64,000 nucleotides of DNA from an uncultured Actinomycetota bacterium (GTDB taxonomy: Bacteria; Actinomycetota; Actinomycetes; JACCUZ01), in assembly GCA_963771345.1 (NCBI GenBank), contig CAVYTH010000003.1:53495-117494 (forward strand), read 5' to 3'. The number at the start of each line of letters is the position of its first letter. Within the stretch, counting starts at the first letter, position 1. Positions 42,376 through 51,485 of the stretch are shown piece by piece. The notes beneath the pieces are model-generated. The model worked only from the letters and a program-made list of their open reading frames with translations, was not told the origin of the DNA and searched no databases. Both the position numbers and the translations under genes were made by a program.

Positions 42376-45134
42376 CTACTCCGCGCCGCCCTCCGCCTCG
42401 GCGACCGGCGCCGCGTTGACGTCGCTGAGCCGGTAGCGGTCGATCGCCTCGCGGGTCGCCTCCGGCTTGACCTCGCCACGCTTCACCAGCTCGCCGAGCA
42501 CCTTCACGACGATCGACGCCGCGTCGACCTTGAAGTGCCGCCGCAGCGCACCGCGGGTGTCGGACAGGCCGAAGCCGTCGGTGCCCAGCGAGGAGAACTC
42601 GCCCGGCACCCACGGCGCGATCTGGTCCTGCACGGCGCGCATGAAGTCCGACACCGCGATGAACGGGCCGGGTGCCCCGTCGAGCGCCTTGGTGACGTAG
42701 GGCACGCGCTGCTCGCCGTCCGGGTTCATGAAGTTGTGCTCGTCGATGGCCAGCCCGTCGCGGCGCAGCTCGTTCCACGACGTCACCGACCACACGTCGG
42801 CCTGGACGTTCCAGTCGACCTGCAGCAGCCGCTGCGCCTCCAGCGCCCACTGCATCGAGACGCCGGACGCCAGGATCTGCGCCCTGGGGCCGTCGCCCTC
42901 GGCGGCGGGGGAGTAGCGGTGGATGCCGCGCAGGATGCCCTCGATGTCGGCGCCCTCCGGCTCGGCCGGCTGCGCGTACGGCTCGTTGTAGATCGTGAGG
43001 TAGTAGAAGATCTCCTCCGGCTTGTCGCCGTACATCCGGCGCAGCGCGTCCTTCACGATGTGCGCGACCTCGAAGCCGAAGGCCGGGTCGTAGGACACGC
43101 ACGCCGGGTTGGTCGATGCCAGCAGCGGCGAGTGGCCGTCCTCGTGCTGCAGGCCCTCGCCGTTGAGGGTCGTGCGGCCGGCGGTGGCGCCGAGCACGAA
43201 GCCGCGCACCATCTGGTCGCCGGCCGCCCAGAACGCGTCACCGGTCCGCTGGAACCCGAACATCGAGTAGAAGATGTAGATCGGGATCATCGGGATGCCG
43301 TGCGTCGCGTACGACGAGCCGACCGCCGTCCAGGACGCCGTCGACCCGGCCTCGTTGATGCCCTCGTGCAGGATGACGCCGGCCTTGTCCTCCTTGTACG
43401 ACAGCACCAGGTCGCGGTCGACCGACGTGTAGTGCTGCCCGTGCGGCGAGTAGATCTTCGCGGTCGGGAACAGCGAGTCCATGCCGAACGTGCGGGCCTC
43501 GTCGGGGATGATCGGCACGAGCCGCCAGCCGATCTCCTTGTCCTTCATCAGCTCCTTGAGCAGCCGGACGAACGCCATCGTGGTGGCGACCTTCTGCTTG
43601 CCGGAGCCGCGCTTCATGACGTCGTAGACCGGGTCGCCGGGCAGCACCAGCGGCGCCGACGTCGAGCGGCGCGACGGGCAGGTAGCCACCGAGGGCCAGG
43701 CGCCGCTCGTGCATGTACTCCATCTCGGCGCGAGTCCTTGCCCGGGTGGTAGTACGGCGGCAGCGTCTCGTCCAGCGCCTCGTCGGGGATGTCGAGGAAC
43801 AGCCGGTCCCGGAAGCCGATCAGGTCGTCCTTCTTCAGCTTCTTCATCTGGTGCGTCGAGTTGCGGCCCTCGAAGTGCGACCCGAGGGTCCAGCCCTTGA
43901 TGGTCTTCGCCAGGATCACGGTCGGCTGGCCGGTGTGCTCGGTCGCGGCCTTGTAGGCGGCGTACATCTTGCGGTAGTCGTGACCGCCGCGGGACAGGCC
44001 CCAGATCTCCCGGTCGGAGAGGTGCTCGACCATCGCGCGGGTCCGCGGGTCGCGGCCGAAGAAGTGCTCGCGGACGTACGCGCCGTCCTCGGCCTTGTAG
44101 GTCTGGTAGTCACCGTCGGGCGTGGTGTTCATCAGGTTGACCAGCGCGCCGTCGGTGTCCTTGGCGAGCAGCGCGTCCCACTCGCGGCCCCAGATCACCT
44201 TGATGACGTTCCAGCCGGCGCCGCGGAAGAACGACTCGAGCTCCTGGATGATCTTCCCGTTGCCGCGCACCGGCCCGTCGAGGCGCTGCAGGTTGCAGTT
44301 GATGACGAAGGTGAGGTTGTCCAGCTCCTCGCGGGCGGCCAGGCCGATCGCGCCGAGCGACTCCGGCTCGTCCATCTCGCCGTCGCCGAGGAAGGCCCAG
44401 ACGTGCTGCTGGCTGGTGTCCTTGATCCCGCGGTTGTGCAGGTAGCGGTTGAACCGGGCCTGGTAGATCGCGTTGATCGGCCCGAGGCCCATCGAGACGG
44501 TCGGGAACTCCCAGAAGTCCGGCATCAGCCGCGGGTGCGGGTACGACGACAGGCCGCCGCCCGGGTGCGAGAGCTCCTGCCGGAAGCCGTCGAGCTGCTG
44601 CTCGGTCAGCCGGCCCTCGAGGAACGCCCGGGCGTACATGCCGGGGGAGGCGTGGCCCTGGTAGAAGATCTGGTCGCCGCCGCCGGGGTGGTCCTTGCCG
44701 CGGAAGAAGTGGTTGAAGCCGACCTCGTACAGGCTCGCCGACGAGGCGTACGTCGAGATGTGCCCGCCGACCTCGACGCCGGGGCGCTGGGCCCGGTGCA
44801 CCATGATCGCCGCGTTCCACCGGGTGTAGGCGCGGATCCGCCGCTCGACGTGCTCGTCGCCGGGGAACCACGGCTCGCTCTCGGGCGGGATCGTGTTGAT
44901 GTAGTCGGTGCTGCGCAGGCTGGGCACCCCGACCTGCTTCTCCCGGGCCCGCTGCAGCAGGCTGAGCATGAGGTACCGGGCCCGGTTGCGGCCGGCGTGA
45001 TCGACGACCGCGTCCAGCGACTCGAGCCACTCGGCGGTCTCGGCGGGGTCGATGTCGGGCAGCTGGCTCGGCAGGCCGTCGCTGATGATCGCGGGGGGTC
45101 GCTCCTGCGGTGAGGTCACGGGTGTCCTTCGCAT
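42376..45134 (-). pseudogene. aceE: Pyruvate dehydrogenase E1 component (homodimeric type), two close apparent frameshifts
   Basis: ORF 43614..45134 ([36 protein letters not shown]) and ORF 42376..43689 ([37 protein letters not shown]) are joined by [17 protein letters not shown] in a third frame at about 43680-43730. Confidence 0.9.
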
Positions 45135-45279
45135 CGTGGTGGGGCTAGGGGAACATCGTGCTACCTGAGCGGGGCCGATGCATCCCTACCCCCCGGTAAC
45201 CCCTTCCGCAACGACGCCGACGGGACGAGGCTGAGGGCCTGAGGGAACGCCCAGCCGGACCATTCCGAGGAGGTCGGCG

Positions 45280-45471
45280 ATGCACGCATCGGCCGGTGAC
45301 CACCTGCACGTCCATGGCCGCATCGTGGGACAACGGGACCAGATCGGGGAGATCGTCGAGGTGCGCGGCCCGGAGGGTGACCCGCCGTACCTCGTGCGGT
45401 ACCCGGACGGCCACGAGACCCTGATGTACCCCGGCCCGGACGCCGTCGTGGAGCACGCGCCGCGCAGCTGA
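45280..45471 (+). CDS. DUF1918-domain protein
   Basis: Intact 63-aa ORF: GDHLHVHGRIVGQRDQIGEIVEVRGPEGDPPYLVRYPDGHETLMYPGPDA. Confidence 0.8.
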   Translation: MHASAGDHLHVHGRIVGQRDQIGEIVEVRGPEGDPPYLVRYPDGHETLMYPGPDAVVEHAPRS

Positions 45472-45498
45472 CGGCGGCCGCCGGGCACACTGCCGCCC

Positions 45499-45909
45499 AT
45501 GGACAGCCGTGTGCTCGACGTCAGGACCGGTAGCCGTGAGGCCGTGCACGACCTCACCCGCGAGTGCGAGCAGTTCCTCGCGGCGATCGACGCCGGCGAC
45601 GGCCTGCTGCACGTGTGGGTGCCGCACGCCACCGCGGGTCTCGCCGTCCTCGAGACCGGTGCGGGCAGCGACGACGACCTGCTGGCGGCCCTGCGCGAGC
45701 TGCTGCCGGCGGACGACCGCTGGCGGCACCGGCACGGGTCGCCCGGCCACGGCCGGGACCACGTCCTGCCGGCGCTGTGCCCGCCGTACGCCTCCGTGCC
45801 GGTGGTCGAGGGCCGGATGGCGCTGGGTACCTGGCAGTCGGTGTGCCTGGTCGACCTCAACGGCGACAACCCGCTGCGCCAGGTCCGGCTGTCCTTCCTT
45901 CAAGGTTGA
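45499..45909 (+). CDS. YjbQ/UPF0047-family protein (secondary thiamine-phosphate synthase-like)
   Basis: Intact 136-aa ORF: LLHVWVPHATAGLAVLETGAGSDDDL...GHGRDHVLPAL...VVEGRMALGTWQSVCLVDLNGDNPLRQVRLSF. Confidence 0.8.
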   Translation: MDSRVLDVRTGSREAVHDLTRECEQFLAAIDAGDGLLHVWVPHATAGLAVLETGAGSDDDLLAALRELLPADDRWRHRHGSPGHGRDHVLPALCPPYASVPVVEGRMALGTWQSVCLVDLNGDNPLRQVRLSFLQG

Positions 45910-46027
45910 TCGCGGGTCCGGCGGAACGGCTTGCGTCCCGGCCCGGGGACGTGTGGACTACGCGCCAAGAACCCGGCCACCTGGCCGGGCGCCAGGACTG
46001 CAAGGACGAACGAGAGGGAGGCACCGG

Positions 46028-46453
46028 GTGACTGCCACCGCGGACAACGCGGGAGGGGATCGCCTGGCCGGACGGCTGGGGTTGCGTCCCGGCCAGGTCG
46101 TGCAGGAGCTCGGCTACGACGACGACTGCGACGAGTCGCTGCGCGCGGCAGTCGCGGCGCACACCGGCAACGCGCTGGTCGACGAGGACCACGAAGAGGT
46201 CGTCGACGTGGTGCTGCTCTGGTGGCGCGACGACGACGGCGACCTGGTCGACGCACTGGTCGACTCGCTGATCTCCCTGGACGACGGTGGCGTGGTCTGG
46301 CTGCTGACCCCGAAGGCCGGCCGTCCCGGGCACGTCGAGCCCGGCGACATCGGTGACGCTGCGCCCACCGCGGGCCTGCACCAGACGAGCAGCATCTCCG
46401 CCGCCGACGACTGGTCGGGCACCCGGCTGGTCACCCGCCGCACCAGCCGCTGA
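46028..46453 (+). CDS. DUF3052-family protein
   Basis: GTG 46028 follows GAGGGAGG, in the frame of ORF 45509..46453. Contains LGLRPGQVVQELGYDDDCDESLR...VVDVVLLWWRDDDGDLVDALVDSL...VVWLLTPKAGRPGHVEPGDIGDAAPTAGLHQTSS. Confidence 0.8.
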   Translation: MTATADNAGGDRLAGRLGLRPGQVVQELGYDDDCDESLRAAVAAHTGNALVDEDHEEVVDVVLLWWRDDDGDLVDALVDSLISLDDGGVVWLLTPKAGRPGHVEPGDIGDAAPTAGLHQTSSISAADDWSGTRLVTRRTSR

Positions 46454-46458
46454 GCGCC

Positions 46459-47428
46459 TCAGCCCGGTACGCCGGGGATCCGCCGGACCAGCCGGCTCAG
46501 CCCGCGCACGTTGTGCACGGCCGACCCGCAGCGCACTGCCGCCGGGCAGGCCGGGGACGGCCTCGACGATCGGTGCGAGCGCCAGCAGGCCGGTCACGTG
46601 GTGCAGCCGCAGGTCGCGCCGGGCCAGCATCGGCGGCACGGCCCGCCGCCCGGCGGAGGCGTCGAGCAGGTCGGCGGCGCGGCCCTGGACGACCGGCCAG
46701 GCCGGCGGCAGGGCGGGCAGCTCGAGGGTGGTCCAGGCGTCCGGCACCGCGGAGAAGGCCCAGCCGCCCTCCGGCGAGACGCAGCCGGCGCCGGCCGAGA
46801 TGTCGCACCGGGCGGCCAGCCCGCCGGTGGTGTCGACGAGCGCCGCCAGCCCGGCCGACGAGCAGGGTCGGCGACGGCTTCCGGGCACCCGGCCGGCGCG
46901 AGGTCCAGGGTGTGCACCGCCAGCTCGTAGGCGCCGGCCGCGACCAGCGTTCCCAGCGGGAGCGGGCCGAGGACCGAGCGCACCCGCCGCAGGCCGAGCT
47001 CGCCGGCCTCGCCGCTGGCGAAGTACGCCGCGACCTCGTCCCGGGACTCCTGCAGCGCTGCTAGTACGTCGGACCGGGGAGCGCCGCGGCGGGCCTCGAG
47101 CACGGCCTCGTTGTGCGAGTCCTGGTCGAAGGTGGCCGCGCGGTGGTCGGCCCAGTCGGCAGCGGCCAGCTCGTCCTGCTCGGCCTCCTCGCGCATCCGC
47201 TGCAGGGACCGGCTGCCCGGCCAGGTGCCGAGGTGCACGCAGACGTGCCGGGCCTGCCAGCCGTCGAGGCGGGTCGGGCCGTCCAGGTCCAGCTCGGCGG
47301 CGATCGCGAGGAACTCGTCCCACGCCGGAAGCACGAGCGGCGGCAAGGTCGGCCGGCTCCCACGAGGCGAGTCCGAGCTCGCCGTCGGAGGGCAGCAGCG
47401 GGGCAGCCGGTCCTGACACACTGGACAT
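46459..47428 (-). pseudogene. DinB/MDMPI-like (mycothiol-dependent maleylpyruvate isomerase N-terminal domain) protein, frame-disrupted as sequenced
   Basis: Pieces: MSSVSGPAAPLLPSDGELGLASWEP / PAWDEFLAIAAELDLDGPTRLDGWQARHVCVHLGTWPG...EAVLEARRGAPRSDVLAALQESRDEVAAYF / AGLAALVDTTGGLAARCDISAG...PPMLARRDLRLHHVTGLLALAPIVE / AVHNVRGLSRLVRRIPGVPG*. The family call is tentative. Confidence 0.5.
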
Positions 47429-47453
47429 CCTGCCAGCGACGAGGAGGGACCTG

Positions 47454-47912
47454 ATGACACTGTCGGTGGGCGACCTCGCTCCGGACTTCGAGCTGAAGGA
47501 CCAGCACGGCCAGTCCGTGCGGCTCTCGTCACTTCGCGGGGAGAAGGCGGCGCTGGTCGTCTTCTACCCCTGGGCGTTCTCCGGGGTGTGCGGCGGCGAG
47601 CTGTGCGCGCTCAAGGATCGGCAGGACGAGATCGTCGGCGACGACGTCGTGCTGCTCACGATCTCGACCGACCCGATGTACGCGCTGCGCGCGTTCGCCG
47701 ACCACAACGACTTCGGCTTTCCGCTGCTGTCGGACTTCTGGCCGCACGGCGCGGTCGCGTCGGCGTACGGCGTGCTCAGCGAGGAGGTCGGCATCGCCCT
47801 GCGCGGCACCTTCCTCATCGACAAGGAGGGCGTCGTGCGCTGGTCGGTCGTCAACGACATCCCGGACGCCCGCGACATCGACGACTACAAGCGGGCGATC
47901 GCCGACCTCTAG
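47454..47912 (+). CDS. Peroxiredoxin (AhpE-like, 1-Cys)
   Basis: ATG 47454 follows GAGGAGGGA, in the frame of ORF 46353..47912. Contains VGDLAPDFELKDQHGQSVRLSSL...ALVVFYPWAFSGVCGGELCAL...TFLIDKEGVVRW. Confidence 0.9.
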   Translation: MTLSVGDLAPDFELKDQHGQSVRLSSLRGEKAALVVFYPWAFSGVCGGELCALKDRQDEIVGDDVVLLTISTDPMYALRAFADHNDFGFPLLSDFWPHGAVASAYGVLSEEVGIALRGTFLIDKEGVVRWSVVNDIPDARDIDDYKRAIADL

Positions 47913-47924
47913 GCTTTGCCTTGC

Positions 47925-47998
47925 GGGCGCATAGCTCAGCTGGTTAGAGCGCCTCCCTTACAAGGAGGAAGTCGGCGGTTCGAGTCCGTCTGCGCCCA
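47925..47998 (+). tRNA. tRNA-Val (TAC)
   Basis: Acceptor gggcgca/tgcgccc, anticodon arm cctcc-ctTACaa-ggagg (anticodon 47959-47961), T-arm ggcgg-ttcgagt-ccgtc. Confidence 0.9.
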
Positions 47999-48049
47999 CT
48001 CGAGGCGTCCAGCAGGGTGGCGCCCCGACGCAAGGAGGCGTGCCCGGCA

Positions 48050-48244
48050 ATGCTCACCGTCCGGGCAGCGCGGTCGGACCACGACCTGCACTCCTGGCGG
48101 CCGGGCGCCCTCGCGACGACCTGCGGCATCTCCGTCACCGAGGTGACGCGGACGGGCAACGACTGGCCGCCAGGACTCGAGGTCGACGGCATCGTGTGCC
48201 CGATCTGCATGGCCGCCAAGCAGCCATGGTGGCGCCGCCGCTGA
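48050..48244 (+). CDS. Small Cys-containing hypothetical protein (64 aa)
   Basis: ATG 48050 lies inside ORF 48017..48244, with AAGGAGG 11 nt upstream. Third positions are strongly GC-rich. Sequence MLTVRAARSDHDLHSWRPGALATTCGISVTEV...VDGIVCPICMAAKQPWWRRR*. Confidence 0.35.
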   Translation: MLTVRAARSDHDLHSWRPGALATTCGISVTEVTRTGNDWPPGLEVDGIVCPICMAAKQPWWRRR

Positions 48245-48262
48245 TGTGGTCGTGGCGGCGCC
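48231..48262 (+). terminator. Hairpin spanning the stop of the small ORF
   Basis: ggcgccgcc (48231-48239) pairs with ggcggcgcc (48254-48262), with a 14-nt loop. There is no U-tract, which is common in high-GC actinobacteria. Confidence 0.3.
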
Positions 48263-48575
48263 GCTGACGTTCAAGATCCTCACAAAGCGCGCAAATCTGG
48301 CAAAATGGCCGCAGGGTCCGGCGCTGCTCCTACGGGGGTGAGAGCGCCGGGCCCGCCACCATGTCACCCGTGCGCGACCCGCAGTCCGCCCTCGGCTAAT
48401 CGTTGCCCGTGCGAGGCATAGGCCCGATAACGCGGGGTAGCCGACCCTTCGAGCAGGTCAGGCACTCGCTGACGCCAGGCCTCATCGAGCCAGCCGGCTC
48501 GAGCTCCTGCCGGGCGACTGCAGCGACCGCCGATTTGGTCCCTGCGGCCGCCATCACGCTCATCCGGAGGACGCC

Positions 48576-49766
48576 ATGATGGCCAAAGCAAAGGCCCACA
48601 AGGGTCTCAGTCAGGTAGCAACCACCGGCTTGCGGGAGATGCCCGCCAACGTCGCCTGGGTGCTCGCCAAGATGTTGCGACCCGCGACCGAAGGCGCCGC
48701 GACGGTCGCCGACCACGTGTCGGAGGCTGCGACGACGGCCGCCGAAAGCAGCTGGTCGGTGTCGGACACCGCGCGCCGCCGTGCGAAGGATGCAGGTCGA
48801 TCCGTCGCCGACGCGGTGCCAGGGCTGCGCCGCGATCCCGTTGCCGATCTGATGGGGGACGCCGACGACGCCGCAGAGCTGGCCCGACAGCGCGAGGCGG
48901 AGGCAGTGCGCCTCGCCCAGCAGGCGAAGGACGACGCAGAGCAGGCCGCCCGGGTCGGGCAGGAAGGTGAGCGCGAGGTCGAGCAGGCGCGCAAGGCCGC
49001 AGAGGACCGCGTCCGGGCGCGAGTCGCGGCAGCGCAGAAGGACATGCAGGCTGCGGTCGCCGAGGTCGAGCGGGAGCAGGCCGAACGCGTGAAGAGGGCG
49101 CGGACCGCCGCCGAGCACCGCGTCGAGAGCGAGCGCATGGCTGAGGAGGCTGCGGCCAGCAAGATGGTGGAGCGCGCCGAGGCGGAGGCGGCGGCGCAGA
49201 CCCGTGAGTCGCAGCAGCGGGCGGAGGACGCCCAACGGCGCGCGGCCGAGGCGATCGAGCAGGCCGACGAGGCTCTGGCACAGGCTCGCGAGCTGGCCGA
49301 GAAGGCAGCCCAGGCGGCCCAGGCGGCTGCGATGGAAGCGACGCGTGAGGCCGAGCGCCTCGCCGAGGAGGCCCGGGCCAGGTCCGCCGAGGCGGAACGA
49401 CGGGCTGCCGCGGCAGGTGAGGTCCGGGACCGTGCCCAGACTGTCGGGAGCAGCAACGGGGCCCGCCAGGGTGGCTCGTCCCGGTCCAGGCCACGAACTC
49501 GGCCGGCCACCGGGCTCGGCCGCGACGCGCTGACGGCCCTGACCAAGCAGGACCTGCTCCGGCTGGCAGAGCAGGCCGAGATCGATGGTCGTTCCGCCAT
49601 GAGCAAGCCACAGCTCGTCGGCGCACTGGCGAAGCAGCGCCTGCCGCTCGACACGCTGACCAAGCACGACCTCCTCACCATCGGCGAAGACAACGGCGCC
49701 GACATCCGCGTCTCGATGAGCAAGGACGAGCTCATCAAGGCGATCTCCACCTCCCACCGCCACTGA
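48576..49766 (+). CDS. Long coiled-coil protein with two C-terminal Rho_N/SAP-like motifs
   Basis: Intact 396-aa ORF. About 250 aa are A/E/R/Q-rich and heptad-like (AEQAARVGQEGEREVEQARKAAEDRVRARV...), followed by LTKQDLLRLAEQAEIDGRSAMSKPQLVGALAK and LTKHDLLTIGEDNGADIRVSMSKDELIKAI. Confidence 0.75.
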   Translation: MMAKAKAHKGLSQVATTGLREMPANVAWVLAKMLRPATEGAATVADHVSEAATTAAESSWSVSDTARRRAKDAGRSVADAVPGLRRDPVADLMGDADDAAELARQREAEAVRLAQQAKDDAEQAARVGQEGEREVEQARKAAEDRVRARVAAAQKDMQAAVAEVEREQAERVKRARTAAEHRVESERMAEEAAASKMVERAEAEAAAQTRESQQRAEDAQRRAAEAIEQADEALAQARELAEKAAQAAQAAAMEATREAERLAEEARARSAEAERRAAAAGEVRDRAQTVGSSNGARQGGSSRSRPRTRPATGLGRDALTALTKQDLLRLAEQAEIDGRSAMSKPQLVGALAKQRLPLDTLTKHDLLTIGEDNGADIRVSMSKDELIKAISTSHRH

Positions 49767-49794
49767 CCGCGATGACCGACACAGGAGAGATGAC

Positions 49795-49974
49795 ATGCGA
49801 CTGACCCGGCGGAAGAGCACGTTGGAAAAGGTTCTGGAGGGTGTGACCGCGGCCGTGTCGATCGGCACGGTGCGACGCGCGAGCAAGTGGACGCTGGGCG
49901 TCCTGGGTGGCGCTGCGACGGCGACGGCAGTCAGCGCTGCCGTGTCGTCGGCGCGGCACAAGGGGGAGCGATGA
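49795..49974 (+). CDS. Small membrane protein (59 aa, below the ORF-track cutoff)
   Basis: ATG 49795 follows CAGGAGAGA. Sequence MRLTRRKSTLEKVLEGVTAAVSIGTVRRASKWTLGVLGGAATATAVSAAVSSARHKGER*. The stop overlaps the next start (ATGA). Confidence 0.45.
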   Translation: MRLTRRKSTLEKVLEGVTAAVSIGTVRRASKWTLGVLGGAATATAVSAAVSSARHKGER

Positions 49975-50201
49975 AGCTCACCACTGTCGCGATGTTCGGG
50001 GCCGGCTACGTGCTCGGCACGCGAGCCGGCCGCGAGCGCTACGAGCAGCTGCGGGAGCTCGGTCGCCGGCTGGCCGGCGAGCTGGACGGCGCCGGGGTCC
50101 GGGAGGGGCTGGAGACCGTGACTGCCCGGCTGGAGAAGTTCGCGAGCGGCAGCGGGCTGGCCGCGCAGGTGGATCAACGCCGTGCGCCGGCACGACGTTG
50201 A
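49971..50201 (+). CDS. Small YtxH-like protein (paralogue of 10821..11117)
   Basis: ATG 49971 in the frame of ORF 49887..50201. MKLTTVAMFGAGYVLGTRAGRERYEQLRELGRRL... compares with MRTKITFLAGFATGYVLGSRAGRARYEQIRS... Confidence 0.6.
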   Translation: MKLTTVAMFGAGYVLGTRAGRERYEQLRELGRRLAGELDGAGVREGLETVTARLEKFASGSGLAAQVDQRRAPARR

Positions 50202-50868
50202 TCGCAGGGGCGTACGGCGCCGTCAGCGCCGCACGCTGACGTTGCAGAACGACGTCCCTGCCGGTGAGGACGTCGCGACGCTGATCCGCGCGGTTGTGCA
50301 CGCGCGCCTCCTCGGGATCCGCCTGCTCACCCTCGACGCGCGTGTCGTGGTCGCGAACGACGTCGAAACGACGCGTGACGGACTCGCGGGGCCGGACCGG
50401 CTGACGCTCGTGGCACCAGACCCTGAGGTGGTGCCTGTCGAGCCGGCCCGGCCCACGAGGCCCGACTCGAGGGACGCTCCGGTCCGCGGTCCCGGACGTG
50501 CGGGTGACGGCCGGGGGCGTCACGGCCGCTCGGGAACTGCTCGCCGAGGGTGCCGACACTCTGGCGCGAGCGTCGTCAGGCGGCCGGCGCACAGCAGGCC
50601 GGACCCGGGCTGATGGTGACGGCTGACCCGTGCCCCGCGGGCGAGCCCCCGACGACCGCAGGGGTCCGCGCCCCACCCGAGACCCCCCTGGTAGGGCGCG
50701 GACCGCCCCTCCACCCCGCGGACCGCGACAAACGCTCGAAGCGAGCCCCTGCTGCCTTGTCCTCTCTATGGAGTGACAGGTACAGCCTGGCCTGCACGCA
50801 CAGTCACGGCTATCGGTCGGTCGGCTCGGTTGCTCCCCCGAACGGACGACCAGGGAGCTGTCGCGCCG

Positions 50869-50988
50869 TCAGTCGGCGAGGCTGACGACGACGTAGACGA
50901 TCGCCATCGTGACGACGATGCCGGCCAGGATGAAGATGACGCCGCGGTCCGGTGCGATGGACTGGTGTGCCTCGGGCAGATGCTTCAT
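50869..50988 (-). CDS. Very small single-TM protein (39 aa, below the ORF-track cutoff)
   Basis: ATG 50988 follows AGGTGG. Sequence MKHLPEAHQSIAPDRGVIFILAGIVVTMAIVYVVVSLAD*. Confidence 0.35.
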   Translation of the reverse strand: MKHLPEAHQSIAPDRGVIFILAGIVVTMAIVYVVVSLAD

Positions 50989-51074
50989 GCCACCTGTCGT
51001 ACTGCGGTTCACCGCAGGTCGTCAATGGCCCGCTGGGAGGGTCGGCTCCCGGCGCAGCGCATAGGGTCGGCGCC

Positions 51075-51485
51075 ATGCGCGTGACGATGCTGCTCGCCGA
51101 TGCGGCGCAAGAGGTCAACGGGAAGCTCTACGTGCTGGGCGGCGGCTGGTCCGTCACCGGCCCGGACCTGCCGCCGATGGCGATCGCCATCAAGCTCGAC
51201 GTGCCGTGGAGCGACGCCAACTCGCAGCACACGTTCGTCCTCGACCTGGTCGACCAGGACGGGCGCCCGGTCCCGGCCGGCGACAGCGGCGGCGTACGGG
51301 CCGAGGGCACCTTCGAGGTCGGCCGCCCGGTCGGGCTGCCGGCCGGCAGCGACATCGACTTCGCGTTCGTCGTGTCCATCCCGCCGTTCCCGATCAGCCC
51401 GGGCCGCTTCACCTGGAAGCTGTCGATCGACGGCGACAGCCACGAGGACTGGGTCCGGCCGTTCCAGGTGCGGGGCCCGGCGTGA
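51075..51485 (+). CDS. Hypothetical protein
   Basis: ATG 51075 in the frame of ORF 50952..51485. Sequence MRVTMLLADAAQEVNGKLYVLGGGWSVTGPDLPPMAIAIKLDVPWSDANSQHTFVLDLVDQDGRPV...FTWKLSIDGDSHEDWVRPFQV. Intact, with good codon bias. Confidence 0.65.
   Translation: MRVTMLLADAAQEVNGKLYVLGGGWSVTGPDLPPMAIAIKLDVPWSDANSQHTFVLDLVDQDGRPVPAGDSGGVRAEGTFEVGRPVGLPAGSDIDFAFVVSIPPFPISPGRFTWKLSIDGDSHEDWVRPFQVRGPA

Noticed and set aside
33629-45134. Interpreting the broken FAS-II operon and aceE as evidence of a reduced or host-dependent lifestyle.
   Set aside because: The disruptions are pure frame slips with all catalytic motifs intact, and the same pattern hits unrelated genes across the window. Sequence error is the simpler explanation until reads are checked.
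47925-48575. A second integrative island at tRNA-Val.
   Set aside because: No integrase is present, I saw no repeat of the tRNA-Val 3' end downstream, and the GC content and codon bias of the flanking genes are ordinary.
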